A stretch of 64,000 bases of DNA. Source: Octopus vulgaris (Eukaryota). A program made the translations under genes and the position numbers. Below the pieces are notes generated by a model. The model was not told the origin of the DNA, did no database searches, and worked only from the letters and a program-made list of their open reading frames with translations. The DNA is taken from contig OX597825.1 in the NCBI GenBank assembly GCA_951406725.2, forward strand, positions 51,398,001-51,462,000. The letters run 5' to 3'. Of the stretch, positions 24,911 through 37,553 are shown piece by piece. Within the stretch, counting starts at the first letter, position 1. Every line of letters starts with the position of its first letter.

Positions 24911-26549
24911 GTAAGCAAAATTTCTGCTCGTTCCATTTTGTGATGAAAATCACCAGTAGTCACCAAAGGAATGCCATGCATTGTAAGAAATTGTATCGAC
25001 ACTGCTATATATGATTACTTGAGTGCAACAGAGAGTATGATGACAGGAGAGATGTTATAAATGGGGAAGATAGTACGCAGGTATTGCTAGTTCAGCTTGA
25101 GAGATTTACTGGCTTTAGCTGCGAGCATTTGCAACTAAGTTGTCAACTCGCTACAATATGTAAGCAACCAGGTAATCTACAAATACAATACCGCGTAATA
25201 TGTAATACAGTGCAACTACAATATGTAAATAACCAAGAAATCCCGTGATGCGGTACCCATGCAGGATGAGTGCGACGAATGTGCCAAGGTCATAGTATCC
25301 GAATTAAGAGTACAATTATAATTACGAATGCAAAAGTGCGAAGAGTGCTCATAATTTTCACACCCCACTTCGCACTTATGACGATTTCCAGTCGATTGCA
25401 AAGTATAGTTTTTAATCATTAGATCATGCAATGTCTACGCCCGCCGTATTGTTAATTTAAGACACAAAGGTAGAACACAAATATATCAAATGGTGGTCGT
25501 AATTTGTCGTACAATGATACTTCATCAATCATTCAAGGTGTCATCATTAGATGAGACAATATTTTTATGAACGTACCAAGTAAAATATGTGCGGCTTGTG
25601 TGTGGTATACCCATTCATCTAGGATCAGAACAGAAACCTAGCATCAAAGATGCATCGCTTGAAATGTGGTGGTTAATTGCAAGATTGTTTCCTTGTTAAA
25701 TGTAACTGATTGCCTTTGTACTGTTATAGTTGATTATCTTTGTGCATAAAATTAGTGCGAGTTCGGTGAGAGGATTATTGAGTACAGACAAGATCAGAAG
25801 ATTTATAGTCGTAAGAGAGCTTGTAATCCAACGTAACCAAATGGATTTCATTTATGTGTGAAGGAAATATCTTTAAAAACCGAGATCTATTGGAATTGAT
25901 AATGTGGGTAGTAGAAAAACTCGTTCCCTCAATACAGCAAGAATCTTTCTATCCCAGTGATCATAGATGAGCCGTACACACATTTCTTGTTGGTTCAAAT
26001 GCTAGACTCTTTTGAACACGAGTGCAGTTTTCAGGGATAACATTGATCTTCTGATATTTTGGAAGTTGAGGATAATTTGGAATTAGTCTTGATTTAATTC
26101 TTTGATGTAACACATGACCACGCGTTTATTTGTGAGATAATCACTTAATCCTGTGAATTGGTTCCAGTATTAGTCTTACAGAAAACAAAATTAGCCCCTT
26201 GCAACAGAGAATGTTTCCATCCGCGGGCAACCATAGCTTCATCCACTGAACACTATAAAGACTGAACACACATACCAATACCAGGAATCCCTGTGATTTG
26301 GGGTATGCGCATCAAAGAGACGGCTTGATTACGCAAGGACTCCAACTGGCTGGAACTGAAGGAACATGCCTAATGAAGGTCTCGTTAGATATTTTACTAA
26401 TTATTAAATAACCACTAAGATAATCCAGTGTGTTTTTATCATGTAAGAGGAATAGCATTCAATCGGAAACCAAATCCATCAGCTCTCAAATTTACCACGC
26501 TATTTAATAGTAAAGTGGTACTATTGGTTTAAGCGACAGTAGAAGCTGT

Positions 26550-26625
26550 TGTAGTAGCATAAGCACCAGCAGCAGTGACAGTAGCAGTAGTGGCAACAGC
26601 AGCAGCACCCTAAGTAGTCGTAGTC

Positions 26626-26675
<50 letters not shown>

Positions 26676-26682
26676 TGTTGTT

Positions 26683-26715
<33 letters not shown>

Positions 26716-26744
26716 ATAGTAGTAATAGTAGTAGTAGTAGTAGT

Positions 26745-26784
<40 letters not shown>

Positions 26785-26785
26785 A

Positions 26786-26843
<58 letters not shown>

Positions 26844-26858
26844 GGTAGCAGCAGCAAC
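26550..26858. repeat. (GTA/GCA)n trinucleotide tract
   Basis: Direct reading; source of the poly-L and poly-T ORFs. Confidence 0.98.
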
Positions 26859-28354
26859 AAATATTATAGCAACCACACAGTTAAATAGAAAATTTCACCG
26901 TTGACTTCAAGTCTTCTGATTGTAGTAGAGTTTGGATGCGGTGGCCCATCCCAATGTGAATTTCCTCTGCACAAACAAACTGCATGTAAGAGAATAGAGT
27001 GGTGTGCTATTGAAGACATAGATTACGGGAGAAACTCAGGGTATGAGTCAATGGGATCAGAGGTAATCAGACCCTCACATCCGCTCCAAATAGTCCCACA
27101 CTGGTTATTTTACCTCATTGCAGTGTTCAAATTTAGAAAGAGCAGTCTATTTAATTCACACATTTCGTTTTATATAGAATGACAGTTAATCTGCATTCAT
27201 GGTTTACTCATGCCTGATTATCTCGTTATTATTATTCTCAATGACAATCTTGCAATTTATCAAGCAACCGATTCGTCTGATAATTGGTATATGTGACCAC
27301 TTCCAATTGGCAGGTCGCATCATACTGAGTATGTTGAAAAAGAAAGAAAAATCTTTAGTAGTTTGAGAAAACTAGGAAGCTAATGATGACCATGGTAATG
27401 ATGAAGGTGATGACGAAGAAGCGGCCTCAAAATCAGAAAAAGTAACTGGAATAATGGTGAACAGAACCACACAGCCACTAACAAGAATATGAAAAATACT
27501 GAAGAAAACCAAGGACAGAAGACATGTACGATAAAGAAGTAAAGGAAGACAAATGCGAAGTAGAAAACGGGCCAAAAGAAACAACAAAAAACAAAGAGAA
27601 ACAAGTGTGCATATAACGTAACTGGTGTCTCCAGATATTTCTATAGAGAATAATGTATTGACAAAGTTTGTGAAATAATCCAGCAGACCAGACGGAAATG
27701 AACGAGCAACAATAAGTGTGTGGTGAATGATGGTAATTAGTTGCTGGAATGTTACAGCAGTAACAATTATAAATAATTGATTGAATACCTGAAACCCCTT
27801 GTCGAACACGAGAGATGAAATGAAGAATAGAGAGAAGGAAAAAGGAGCAAAATAGACAAAGAAGGAAAGAGGACGAGAGACAAGGAGAATAAGAAAAGGT
27901 TAATGTAGATTAAAAGATATAATAATTAAGAAGGTGCTGCCTTCTTATCCGGAATGACGTTCTATGCGAATGTGCTAGAGTGTGTGAATGTGTTCGTGAG
28001 TGTAAATGTGTGTGCGTGTGTGCGTGCGTGCGTGTGTCTGTATGAGTGTGTGTGTGTGTGATAGTTTGAAATCGGACAATTAACATTCGTTCGAGAGGAA
28101 TGTGATTTAGCTAGTTTTATAGGGTGACATAAACACATGCAATGATCCATGGAAATTTGTCTGCTCACTACAGGATATTCCATCAGCTGACCTCCTTTTA
28201 AAAGATGAATTTAGTTGATCAATATATAAAAGTTAAGAAATAGATTCAAAGATTAGGTGAAGTGCTGTGTAAAAGGTAAAGCTATATTAAATACAGGAAC
28301 GTAGCTATGGAAACAAATTCATTTCATAATAATATCGATTTTAAATATAGCTGT

Positions 28355-28890
28355 ACGTGGCAGGGTTGGGTAAGAATTACATAATTCCCAGCATTGCTAC
28401 AAATAAGAATCAAAACAACTCTTTTCTCACGGCTGACAAGGAGGGCAGGCTCCCTCCCTATGACGTGCGAGATGGAGTCATATCAGCCCTGATTATATAT
28501 TTAGTCAATCTCCATCAGTGCCCCATTACTTCTTCGCTGAGTGTTAAAGAAACTATGCCACCCTGTCAGCCTTATAGAGAACACCAAAGTTAACATCAAA
28601 TGATTCCGCAAATGGTGAAGTGAGAATTATAATTTATTATGGTTTCGATTCGCAATTTACAATCGAAAGGCAAGAAGTACAGCCGTCACTAAAGTGACGA
28701 TGGGTGCTACAGAGAAATGGGTCACTAATGAAGATTGATTAAATCTGAATTCAGCGCTGATATGACTCCATCTCACTTCTCACAGGGAGGGAGCCTGACT
28801 CTCTTGTCAGCTATTAGAACAGTGCTCTCAAGGGTTGTTTTCACTTTTATGTCTATCAATGCTGGTGCTTACTAACACCCTCCGTCACGT
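28355..28890. mobile_element. Fold-back/MITE-like element with ~180-bp imperfect inverted arms
   Basis: GCTGACAAGGAGGGCAGGCTCCCTCCCT..GAGATGGAGTCATATCAGC pairs with GCTGATATGACTCCATCTC..AGGGAGGGAGCCTGACTCTCTTGTCAGC; similarity extends to both ends. Confidence 0.8.
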
Positions 28891-28907
28891 TAGTGACCAC
28901 TGTACTC

Positions 28908-29001
<94 letters not shown>

Positions 29002-29724
29002 AGAGAGAGAGAGGGAGAGTGATGCATAAATATATTTGAATATATTGTTGACTTGATAAGAATTTATAACCTTTCAAGAGAAAGTGGAATAATCCTATTT
29101 TAGAACTGTGGGTCTTGAAACAGTCAAAGCTATGAATAATATTATGTAAATATGTATCTAGTCAAGTTAATCAGTCCGTGTAACCTAGTCGTTGAAAAGT
29201 AATTTTTGATGCATTTTGGATATCAAAATTATGTTGCAATGCCTAAATGAAAATTCCATCAAAATATGATTTTTTTTCATAGTCTAACATCTGCTCATTT
29301 GTAAAGAGGGAATTATTGATAATTCAATCGGAGGCCATGATATTACTGTTTTTTTGGGGGTTTTTTTTTGCCTGTTAACCTTATTAGATGAATGGTAAAC
29401 TTAACCCTAGCTCCGTTTGTACGTATTACGTTCATGTAAGAAACACCTGAATATTTTTTGATTCCGTATTGAATTTCTGTTTGCAATCATCTATGCATAT
29501 CAAGCATACGCAGAAGGTCATGCGTTTGAGGAATATATAATCTACTCGATTGCTCTTAGTAATTATGGGCGCAGTATTTTAACAACTTAAGCAAAACAGA
29601 CTTAAAGGGGTTTGACAAAAACACTGCGTATTTTCACACCACTCTAAGGATTCTGCCAATTTGCTAAGTTGCAGCAGCAGCTGTAACAATAAGAACTACA
29701 TCAATATAACAGCAGCAACAGCAG

Positions 29725-29755
<31 letters not shown>

Positions 29756-29876
29756 AATGATGATGATAATAATAATAATAATAATAATACAGTTCTATAT
29801 TTAAGAGATGAGGAATTACGTATATTATTTACATTATTTACATTTGACGGATATTTGTCCTCAAATTGTTTGTTGC

Positions 29877-29922
29877 TAGCAAACGTTTCGGCTGATATGC
29901 CCACCAGCCTTCATCAGGCGTC
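29877..29922 (-). ncRNA. Hammerhead ribozyme motif with 8-nt core and decayed stem I
   Basis: GC-CUGAUGAA-GGCUG(GUGGGCAUAU)CAGCC-GAAA-CGUU; perfect 5-bp stem II. Confidence 0.6.
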
Positions 29923-29970
29923 TTGGGGAAATTACGAAACTGGATTCTTATTCTTAAGGTATTTTTTCGA

Positions 29971-30301
<331 letters not shown>

Positions 30302-30839
30302 GCGCCCTGATGCAGTCCTAGGCAATGTCTCTCATGGATTTTGATCTTAAGTGATTGGAATTGGCATCATTTATATTGTTTTGTCTTGGTATAAAAGACG
30401 GGCTACTGCAAATATTCTGTTCAATACCACAGATGCTTGACCATAGCCATTTGAGCATGTCACTTAGTGGCTGACAATATGTGCATCTATGATCATGAGC
30501 AGAAGTAGTGGGACAGCAACATAGATCTTTGGGGTTTGAATAATTCACCTCTGGAAACATGGGTGCTTTATTCATCCTCTTTAAACAAACCTTATTCAAG
30601 GATTTTTTGAGTGGGATGGGTTACTCAACCGGAAGAAAAATTCTAACTGGGCCCCACCCGCAAGGTCATGTGCTGTTTATTTTGATATAAGATTACCATG
30701 TTGCGCACATATGGTTGTGATGCATGTAACTGGTGTAACCTTGTCAGACGAGTAGTCATCATGGATATATTGGGCTTCGTATATTTGTACACCAGCGTCT
30801 CTTTGATGGCATCTATTGCGCTCTCACTCAATAATAATG

Positions 30840-30933
<94 letters not shown>

Positions 30934-30961
30934 TAATAATAATAATAATAGCAACAACAAT

Positions 30962-31352
30962 ACTCCTTTCTATTATAGGCACAAGGCCAGACATTTTGGC
31001 GGATGGCACCAGTCAATTAGATCGACCCCAGTACTCAACTTATTGAACACGAAAGGATGAATGACAAAATTGACATCGGTAGAATTTGAACTCAGAGCGT
31101 AGAGGAAAACGAAATACCTATTTCTTTACTACCCACAAGGGGCTAAACACAGAGGGGGGCAAACAAGGAAAGACAAACGGATTAAGTCGATTACATCGAC
31201 TCCAGTGCGTAACTGGTACTTATTTAATCGACCCCGAAAGGATGAAAGGCAAAGTCGACCTCGGCAGAATTTGAACTCAGAACGTAACGGCAGACGAAAT
31301 ACCGCTAAGTAGTTCGCCCGGCGTGCTAACCACTCTGCCAGCTCGCTGCCTT
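30962..31352 (-). mobile_element. Family B SINE, two units, within (AAT)n
   Basis: Reverse complement of GGCAGCGAGCTGGCAGAGTGGTTAGCACGCCGGGCGAA...GAGTTCAAATTCTGCCGAGGTCGACTTTGCCTTTCATCC. Confidence 0.9.
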
Positions 31353-31389
31353 AATGATTTGAGTCATAATAATAATAATGATGATGATG

Positions 31390-31535
<146 letters not shown>

Positions 31536-31545
31536 AAGAAGAAGA

Positions 31546-31740
31546 ATATCGAAGAGAAAGAAGAGAAAGTGAACAATTATGATGAATTGAAATGGGAAAT
31601 ACGCAGGTGGTGGGCAAGGAAGAGAGTGGACGTGATACAAATACTAATTGCTGCGCTTGTAATTACCAGCACTCTGCTACCAGCGTGACTCAAAAACATT
31701 GGTACAAATGTTACGTAGAACAATTACAAGAATCAGGGAT
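31546..31740 (+). pseudogene. R4/Dong-like LINE restriction-like endonuclease C-terminal relic
   Basis: EEKEEKVNNYDELKWEIRRWWARKRVDVIQILIAAL...LKNIG...EQLQ matches the RLE pattern KE.EK..KY..L..EI.RLW....V.VIP.VIGALG. Confidence 0.75.
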
Positions 31741-32684
31741 TAAAACGAGTAAACAAAAGAATAACAAGAAATAGAGTTCTAACAATCAAAATCTCGAAAC
31801 GTGGGAGACCTCCTAGTGTTGCTCGTAGGAAGCCAACAGAAACCACGTTCGCTCTAACTTTTACAGCAAGTGTCTTCTGTTCTTTATCTACCTCCGTCTA
31901 GAGGCGCATGCTTCGTGTAGGCCCGTTCACTCGGGCCATTCGAGCAACATTCAACCGACTTTTAACAAAATTACTAGGAGGCATCACTCCCTCTCTACCT
32001 TTCTTCCTTTTTAAGGGGAACTTGAACTAGTTGATGAGGGTTTGACCAACAAGGAAAGTATCTGTTTTCAGCCCATTTTGTCTGGTCCACTACGCAACGT
32101 CTTTCGCTAAGGTAACCAGACAAAAGAACACTGCTTCACACCGCCCCCGCCAAAAGAAGGCAGCGGAGCAATCTCCACGATGGACTTAGCCAATAACCGG
32201 ATCCGTCCTACACTGACTGCAGGTCTTTGACATAAACCCACAAGTCAGCAATATTCGGGCACTGGACGCAGGCTTGCAGAACAAGACCGGCTGACCGCAC
32301 TTACATGCCTGGAGAGTTTATCCTAAAATCGCAATATCACCCTCCCCGGTAGCACTGCCAGCTCAAGGATTTCCGGAAATTATCCATATACCCCAACCAG
32401 AAAGTCCTCCTGAACAGACCACCCTGTTGATTTGCGTGGAGAACGTTGCTACCCCTTTAAAGAATACAAGAGTAGAACTTCCACAGGCCTCATTGCTCGA
32501 CTGATTAAGATAATTGTCTCTAGATGTCTGTTGTTGTTTTTTGAATCACAAATTACTTCCTGACGACTCTCTAGGCGTCAGATTCCCTGCCTCGGCCTAC
32601 GCTTTTTCCAGTACTGCTGATCAGTCAGAGACAAGCTGTCTGACTAACGGCAACCACACCTGCTTATCGCCAAAGAAGAACTGC

Positions 32685-32975
32685 TACAAAGAAACATCTT
32701 CTTCTCATGGATGATCTGAAGCTGTATGGCAAGCATGAGGTACAAATGAGACCCTTGGTGAATACTGTCCACTGTGATGTACTGTGTCTGAAAAGAGGCA
32801 CTCAACAGACCCGGACATGTATAGAATTGCCAAATCGGTAAGCTATAAAACGAGTTGAAAAGAAAAGCTAGAAGTACCTTGGCATATTGGAGTTCAATGA
32901 AATCATTGTGAAGGAAATAAAATAGCAGCTGAAGAAAGAGATTTCTTGAGACTACGATTGATGTTACGCTGAATG
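32685..32975 (+). pseudogene. R4/Dong-like reverse transcriptase relic
   Basis: KHLLLMDDLKLYGKHEVQMRPLVNTVH...VLCLKRG...KYLGILE (HLL.MDDLKLY catalytic motif and KYLG). Confidence 0.8.
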
Positions 32976-33785
32976 GAATAAATGACTGGATGGAATAAAT
33001 TCCAAGCAGTAAATTATCAATGGGTTTTTTTTACCACATGTATATTCCCTTTAATTTCTGTCCAGCCTCACTAATCCAAAATAGTTTTCTATTTTTCAAA
33101 GCAGTGAAGTAAAGCACCGGAATATTTTTGTGATATTGAGGAGAGCTTGAAGCATAAAGGTCCTTAAAAATCCTAGAGAATTACATTATATCGTATAAAC
33201 CATTTATTCACCATTTGTGCCTACTGTACCCCTGAGGTAATGATGAGCTAGAGGTCAGTGTCTCTAGATGACCGCTGTTGTTTTTCGATCACAAATTACT
33301 GTTTACAAAACTATTAAGTGTAATGTTATTTACATTAAATATTCTCGATTCTCGTGAATTTATAATATATGCATCCCAAATTTAAAATATTCGAAATATT
33401 ACAGTCAATGATCGCTTTTAGCAAGAATCTCAGACTTGTTATTAAGATATATTTTGAAAAATATTAATTAAAATATAAATATACAACATAACCGTGGGTG
33501 TAATTACTTGAGGCTGCTTTTGTGCAATGTACAGAACACCCCCCCATACACACACACAAACACACATACACACATACACAAACACACAAACACACACACA
33601 ATTGTTTTAGAAATAAACTGATACGAAATTCAGGACGCGGGTTATCGGTAGAGAAAATTTATACGAAAAAATATTCACTTACAGTGTATGTTAAATATAT
33701 ATCACCTTTTAATTATTCTGTATGTTCGCTGAAATACACACAAAGGCACTTCTACAATTTTTCAGTTTATTTATATATTTTACAG

Positions 33786-33898
33786 GCTGCACCAATGTTT
33801 ATGAGCCGCAAGTAATTTGAAATCACGATTCCTCTGTTGATAAACTGTAGTTTGTCTCTGGAAATTATAACCCAAATTTGTTTCAGGTCAATGCTTGA
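33786..33898 (+). CDS. Candidate last two coding exons: 33786-33811 (G-CTNVYEPQ) and 33887-33898 (VNA*)
   Basis: Acceptor tttatatattttacag, donor CAA|gtaatt, 75-nt intron, acceptor tttgtttcag; phase matches the 8-nt micro-exon. Confidence 0.4.
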
Positions 33899-34121
33899 CA
33901 TATTTTTCAATATAGAACTAATAATATTCCTCAGCTCCATGACAAGATACATCGCGTGGCACTATCCTACTTACGTCATCGATATAACGATACGAATATT
34001 GACACACACGCATGTGTTTGTGTATGTATGTAATATGTATGTGCGTGTGCGTGCGTGCGAACACGATATCTTTAAGATATGTTTTGATATCAAAGTATAA
34101 TATATTCCTTTAGTGTAAATG

Positions 34122-34460
34122 TGTGAAGGCGCATGGCTCAGTGGTTAGAGCGTCGAGCTTACGATCGTGAGGTTGTGAGCTCGAATCCCGTACCGGGCTG
34201 CGTGTTGTGTTTTTGAGCAAGGCACTTTATTTCACGTTGCTCCAGTTCACTCAGCTGTAGAAATGACTTGCGACGTCACTGGTGCCAAGCTGTATCGACC
34301 TTTGTCTTTCCATTAGATAACACTGGTGGTGTGGAGAGGGGAGGCTGGTATGCATGGGCGACTGCTGGTCTTCCATAAACAACCTTGCCCGGACTTGTGT
34401 CTAGGAGGGTAACTTTCTAGGTGCAATCCCATGGTCATTCATGACCGAAGGGGGTCTTTA
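34122..34460 (+). mobile_element. Full-length tRNA-derived SINE family D (V-domain-like) with 14-bp TSD
   Basis: A-box TGGCTCAGTGG, B-box-like GCTCGAATCCC, TGTGTTTTTGAGCAAGGCACTT; TSD CTTTAGTGTAAATG at 34108-34121 and 34456-34469. Confidence 0.9.
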
Positions 34461-36095
34461 GTGTAAATGCGTAACTATATACCTGTAATATATAGTTGGA
34501 ATAGTGCTGGCAAGACAAGCAACATGAATGAAGCTCGAAAACTAATAATGGAAAATGTGAAGTAGGCCAATAAGATAAATTATGTTGAAAGAACGTGTAT
34601 TTATAAAGCAAGGAAAAATTACTACGTAATTACTGTCAATAAATCTATATATAATAAAATCCATGATGCCTTTTTAGTACAAGTGGCATTCGTTATTGCA
34701 AAATATAACATTGTAAATTCTACATTTACGTGTAGTTAAAAATTAAGCCTATCACATTCACATTATTGTCACTCTTGATGCAAACAGAACGAAAGCCGTA
34801 TATTCTTTATATATAACATGTAGGAATACGATTAAAATTTTACTATAAACACAATGGAAGGGAAGCGAAGCGATTTGATATGTAGATATATGACAGCCAT
34901 ATAACAATGGGCATACATACAAATGTGCTCCACCGATTCTGTCTCCTCATAACTTCCAGAAAAATAGATATTTTTTAGTGAACATTTCTTCAAATACTCA
35001 TCAGATGTTGTAAATTCCATTTATATTTCCTCGAAGTAGGGACAGGAGTTAAGAAAATTCACACGAGACGGTTTTATTTCCTCATAACTTTCCGAAAATG
35101 TGTATTTTTAAATGAATATTTCAACAAAAGTGCATCAAATCGTGTAAATTACAGTTATATATGATTTAGATGTGAAAAATAAAATGGTGAACACGCACAC
35201 ATACATACTGACATGCGTCACAACCTTTTCGAAATTTCGTTTTTATTTTAGATATGTGCGATACAGACGATTATGTATGTGTGCTATCCTCCAACTTCTT
35301 TCAGTTTCGTTTTCGTATTCAATTTCAAAGTAATCTACACTCTGTGAAAGGTACATGTAGAAGATTTCATGATAAAAGAAGCCTTTTTCTAAAAGTTATG
35401 AGGAAACGAACCTGGTTTGTGTGAAGTTTCTGAAACTCCACTCACTACCCTTACAAAAGTTTCATAAGAAATTTTTATATTATTGAAATCTACACAATGC
35501 ACAAATATGTAGTTCAATCACGAATACTTCGCTCCGGTTGATTGCCGTACGTCATAGCGCATGTATTACGGTGAGACCATAACAAACATGTGTTGTTTTT
35601 TAAAAACGAAGATACTTACGTTAATGCAATGGTTGTACGTGCAGAATTGTGAGCCACTGGTCCTGTTTCCTTATAACTTCCAGAAAAATAGATATTTTTA
35701 AATGAATTTTCTACAAATAACCTTCAGACGGAGTAGCTTCCGACTATATCTGAATTCGTTGGGAAGAAAACAAAAACGTGTTCGAGTGATTGGGGAGAGG
35801 ATTTTCAAAGGATTCAAACGAGTTGGGTTTGTTTCCTCATAACATTCGGAATAATGAGATTTGTGAAATATGAATTACCAAAAATACCTTTCGGTGTGAG
35901 TAAATTATAATTATATCGTAATATAATATGAAAATAAAAATTAGCGTGATATCATACATGTATACTGATACTCATCAATTTTTATTTCCTAAATTCTATT
36001 TCACAACAAATTTCGATATAACCGCAATCTATATTATCTGAAGCTTATTTGTAGAAAATTTCATTGGAACATGAAATTTTATGAAAGTTCGGATG

Positions 36096-36128
<33 letters not shown>

Positions 36129-36295
36129 ACATATAGGCATGTTGGTGGAAATAGAAAAAAATCAGGTGTCAAAATACGAGTGCATGAATATTTTTATTAA
36201 TATTCAGCAAAAGTAACAGAGAGACTAAAGGTCCAAATGTTTCGTACATTCACGTTGAGTCACTCTGTTACTTCTGCTAAATATATATACATATA

Positions 36296-36560
36296 TGCGC
36301 TGGACTGGCTGTGTGATAAGTAGCATACTTACCAACCACATGATTCCGCGTTCATTCTCACTGCGTCGCACTTTGGGCAAGTGTCTTCTACTATAGCTTC
36401 GGGCCGACCAAAGCCTTGTGAGGGGGTTTGGTAGACAGAATCAGAAAAGAAGCCCGTCCTATATATATATAGGTAGCTATATATATATATACTTATTTCG
36501 TTAGCATCGTCGAACAACACGTGTTTGTTCGTCTCCTGCTGCCATTAGGCACAACTTTAA
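36296..36560 (+). mobile_element. Family C SINE, 5' part
   Basis: TGGCTGTGTG...CACTTTGGGCAAGTGTCTTCTACTATAGC...GGTAGACAGAATCAGAAAAGAAGCCCGTC. Confidence 0.85.
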
Positions 36561-36928
36561 GCCAGCCCCAAACTCAACTCGTCCTGTCGAAAGACCCTTG
36601 TCCTACGTGCTGGTGTTTTGTTTATCTTTACCGTTATTGTTTTTAGTTTTTGTATTCTTATTGGGCACGTATTCTGTATTTTTGTTAAATACTTCGTTCG
36701 TTTTCAAGTCCTCGTGTTGTATACATTCGAAGCTTTCTTCAGGATCTAATGCACTTGGCTTAGATTTCCCATGGTCGGCAGTCAATCGGAGCAACAAGAT
36801 TAAAAGCCGAATAAAGATTATAAAGGAATCTTGACTATGACTGAGGGCTTCGAATGTCCCGTCCTGTGGTTCTTGTGTCGTCTCTTTGGTGTTTCATGTT
36901 CTTGTCCATGTCTGTAATTATTTTTTAC

Positions 36929-36965
<37 letters not shown>

Positions 36966-36967
<2 letters not shown>

Positions 36968-37553
36968 TCATTAAATCTCAGAACGAGATCTAAACAGTAA
37001 TCGCTCGACAATGTAAAGTATAAAAGCCATCTCAATATGCCTAACCACAAAGGGGGGGGGGGCGTGTTGCTGTAGCGTTTAAGCCCCAGGAGATCATTGT
37101 CTCCAGCTGGCTTTAGACACACTTTCTGTGCCCTTAAAGTATTTGCAAAGGGAGGCCATCCCTTTCTCGTAAGCCTGAGTGATACGCGCCGGACCGGTTT
37201 CGAGATTATTGTCTCTTATCAACGGGCGGTAATCACGATGATCTCCTGGGGCTAAAAAGCTACAGTAACACCCCTATTTGTGGTTAGCCATATTGAGATG
37301 GCTTTTATACTTTTCATTGTCGAGCGTTACTGTTTACATCTCATTCTGAGATTTAATAATGCTTGCAGTCAGTTTTTCGAAATCAGTGGCAGACGTTACT
37401 AGAAAAAACTGTTATATATTTGCAAAAATGCCTTGTCTTTCATCGTGATCTGGTGTCTAAAGCCAGCTGGAGACGATGATCTACTGGGGCTAAAAAGCTA
37501 CAGTAACACCCCCCTTTGTGGTTAGCTATATTGAGATGGCTTTTATACTTTAC
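36966..37553. mobile_element. PLE-terminal-repeat-like composite: one ~135-bp unit in three copies (one forward, two inverted) around a hammerhead
   Basis: 36966-37100 pairs with 37235-37360; 37452-37553 pairs with 37011-37120; (TA)n at both ends. Confidence 0.75.
37185..37229 (-). ncRNA. Type-I hammerhead ribozyme motif, U3-A8 covariant, GUC cleavage triplet
   Basis: CGCCCG-UUGAUAA-GAGA(CAAUAA)UCUC-GAAA-CCGG-UC-CGG(C)GCG. Confidence 0.75.

Noticed and set aside
34128-34200. tRNA gene
   Set aside because: No proper acceptor stem; it continues into a SINE body with a TSD. The tRNA-like heads at 30107-30251 likewise lack acceptor stems.
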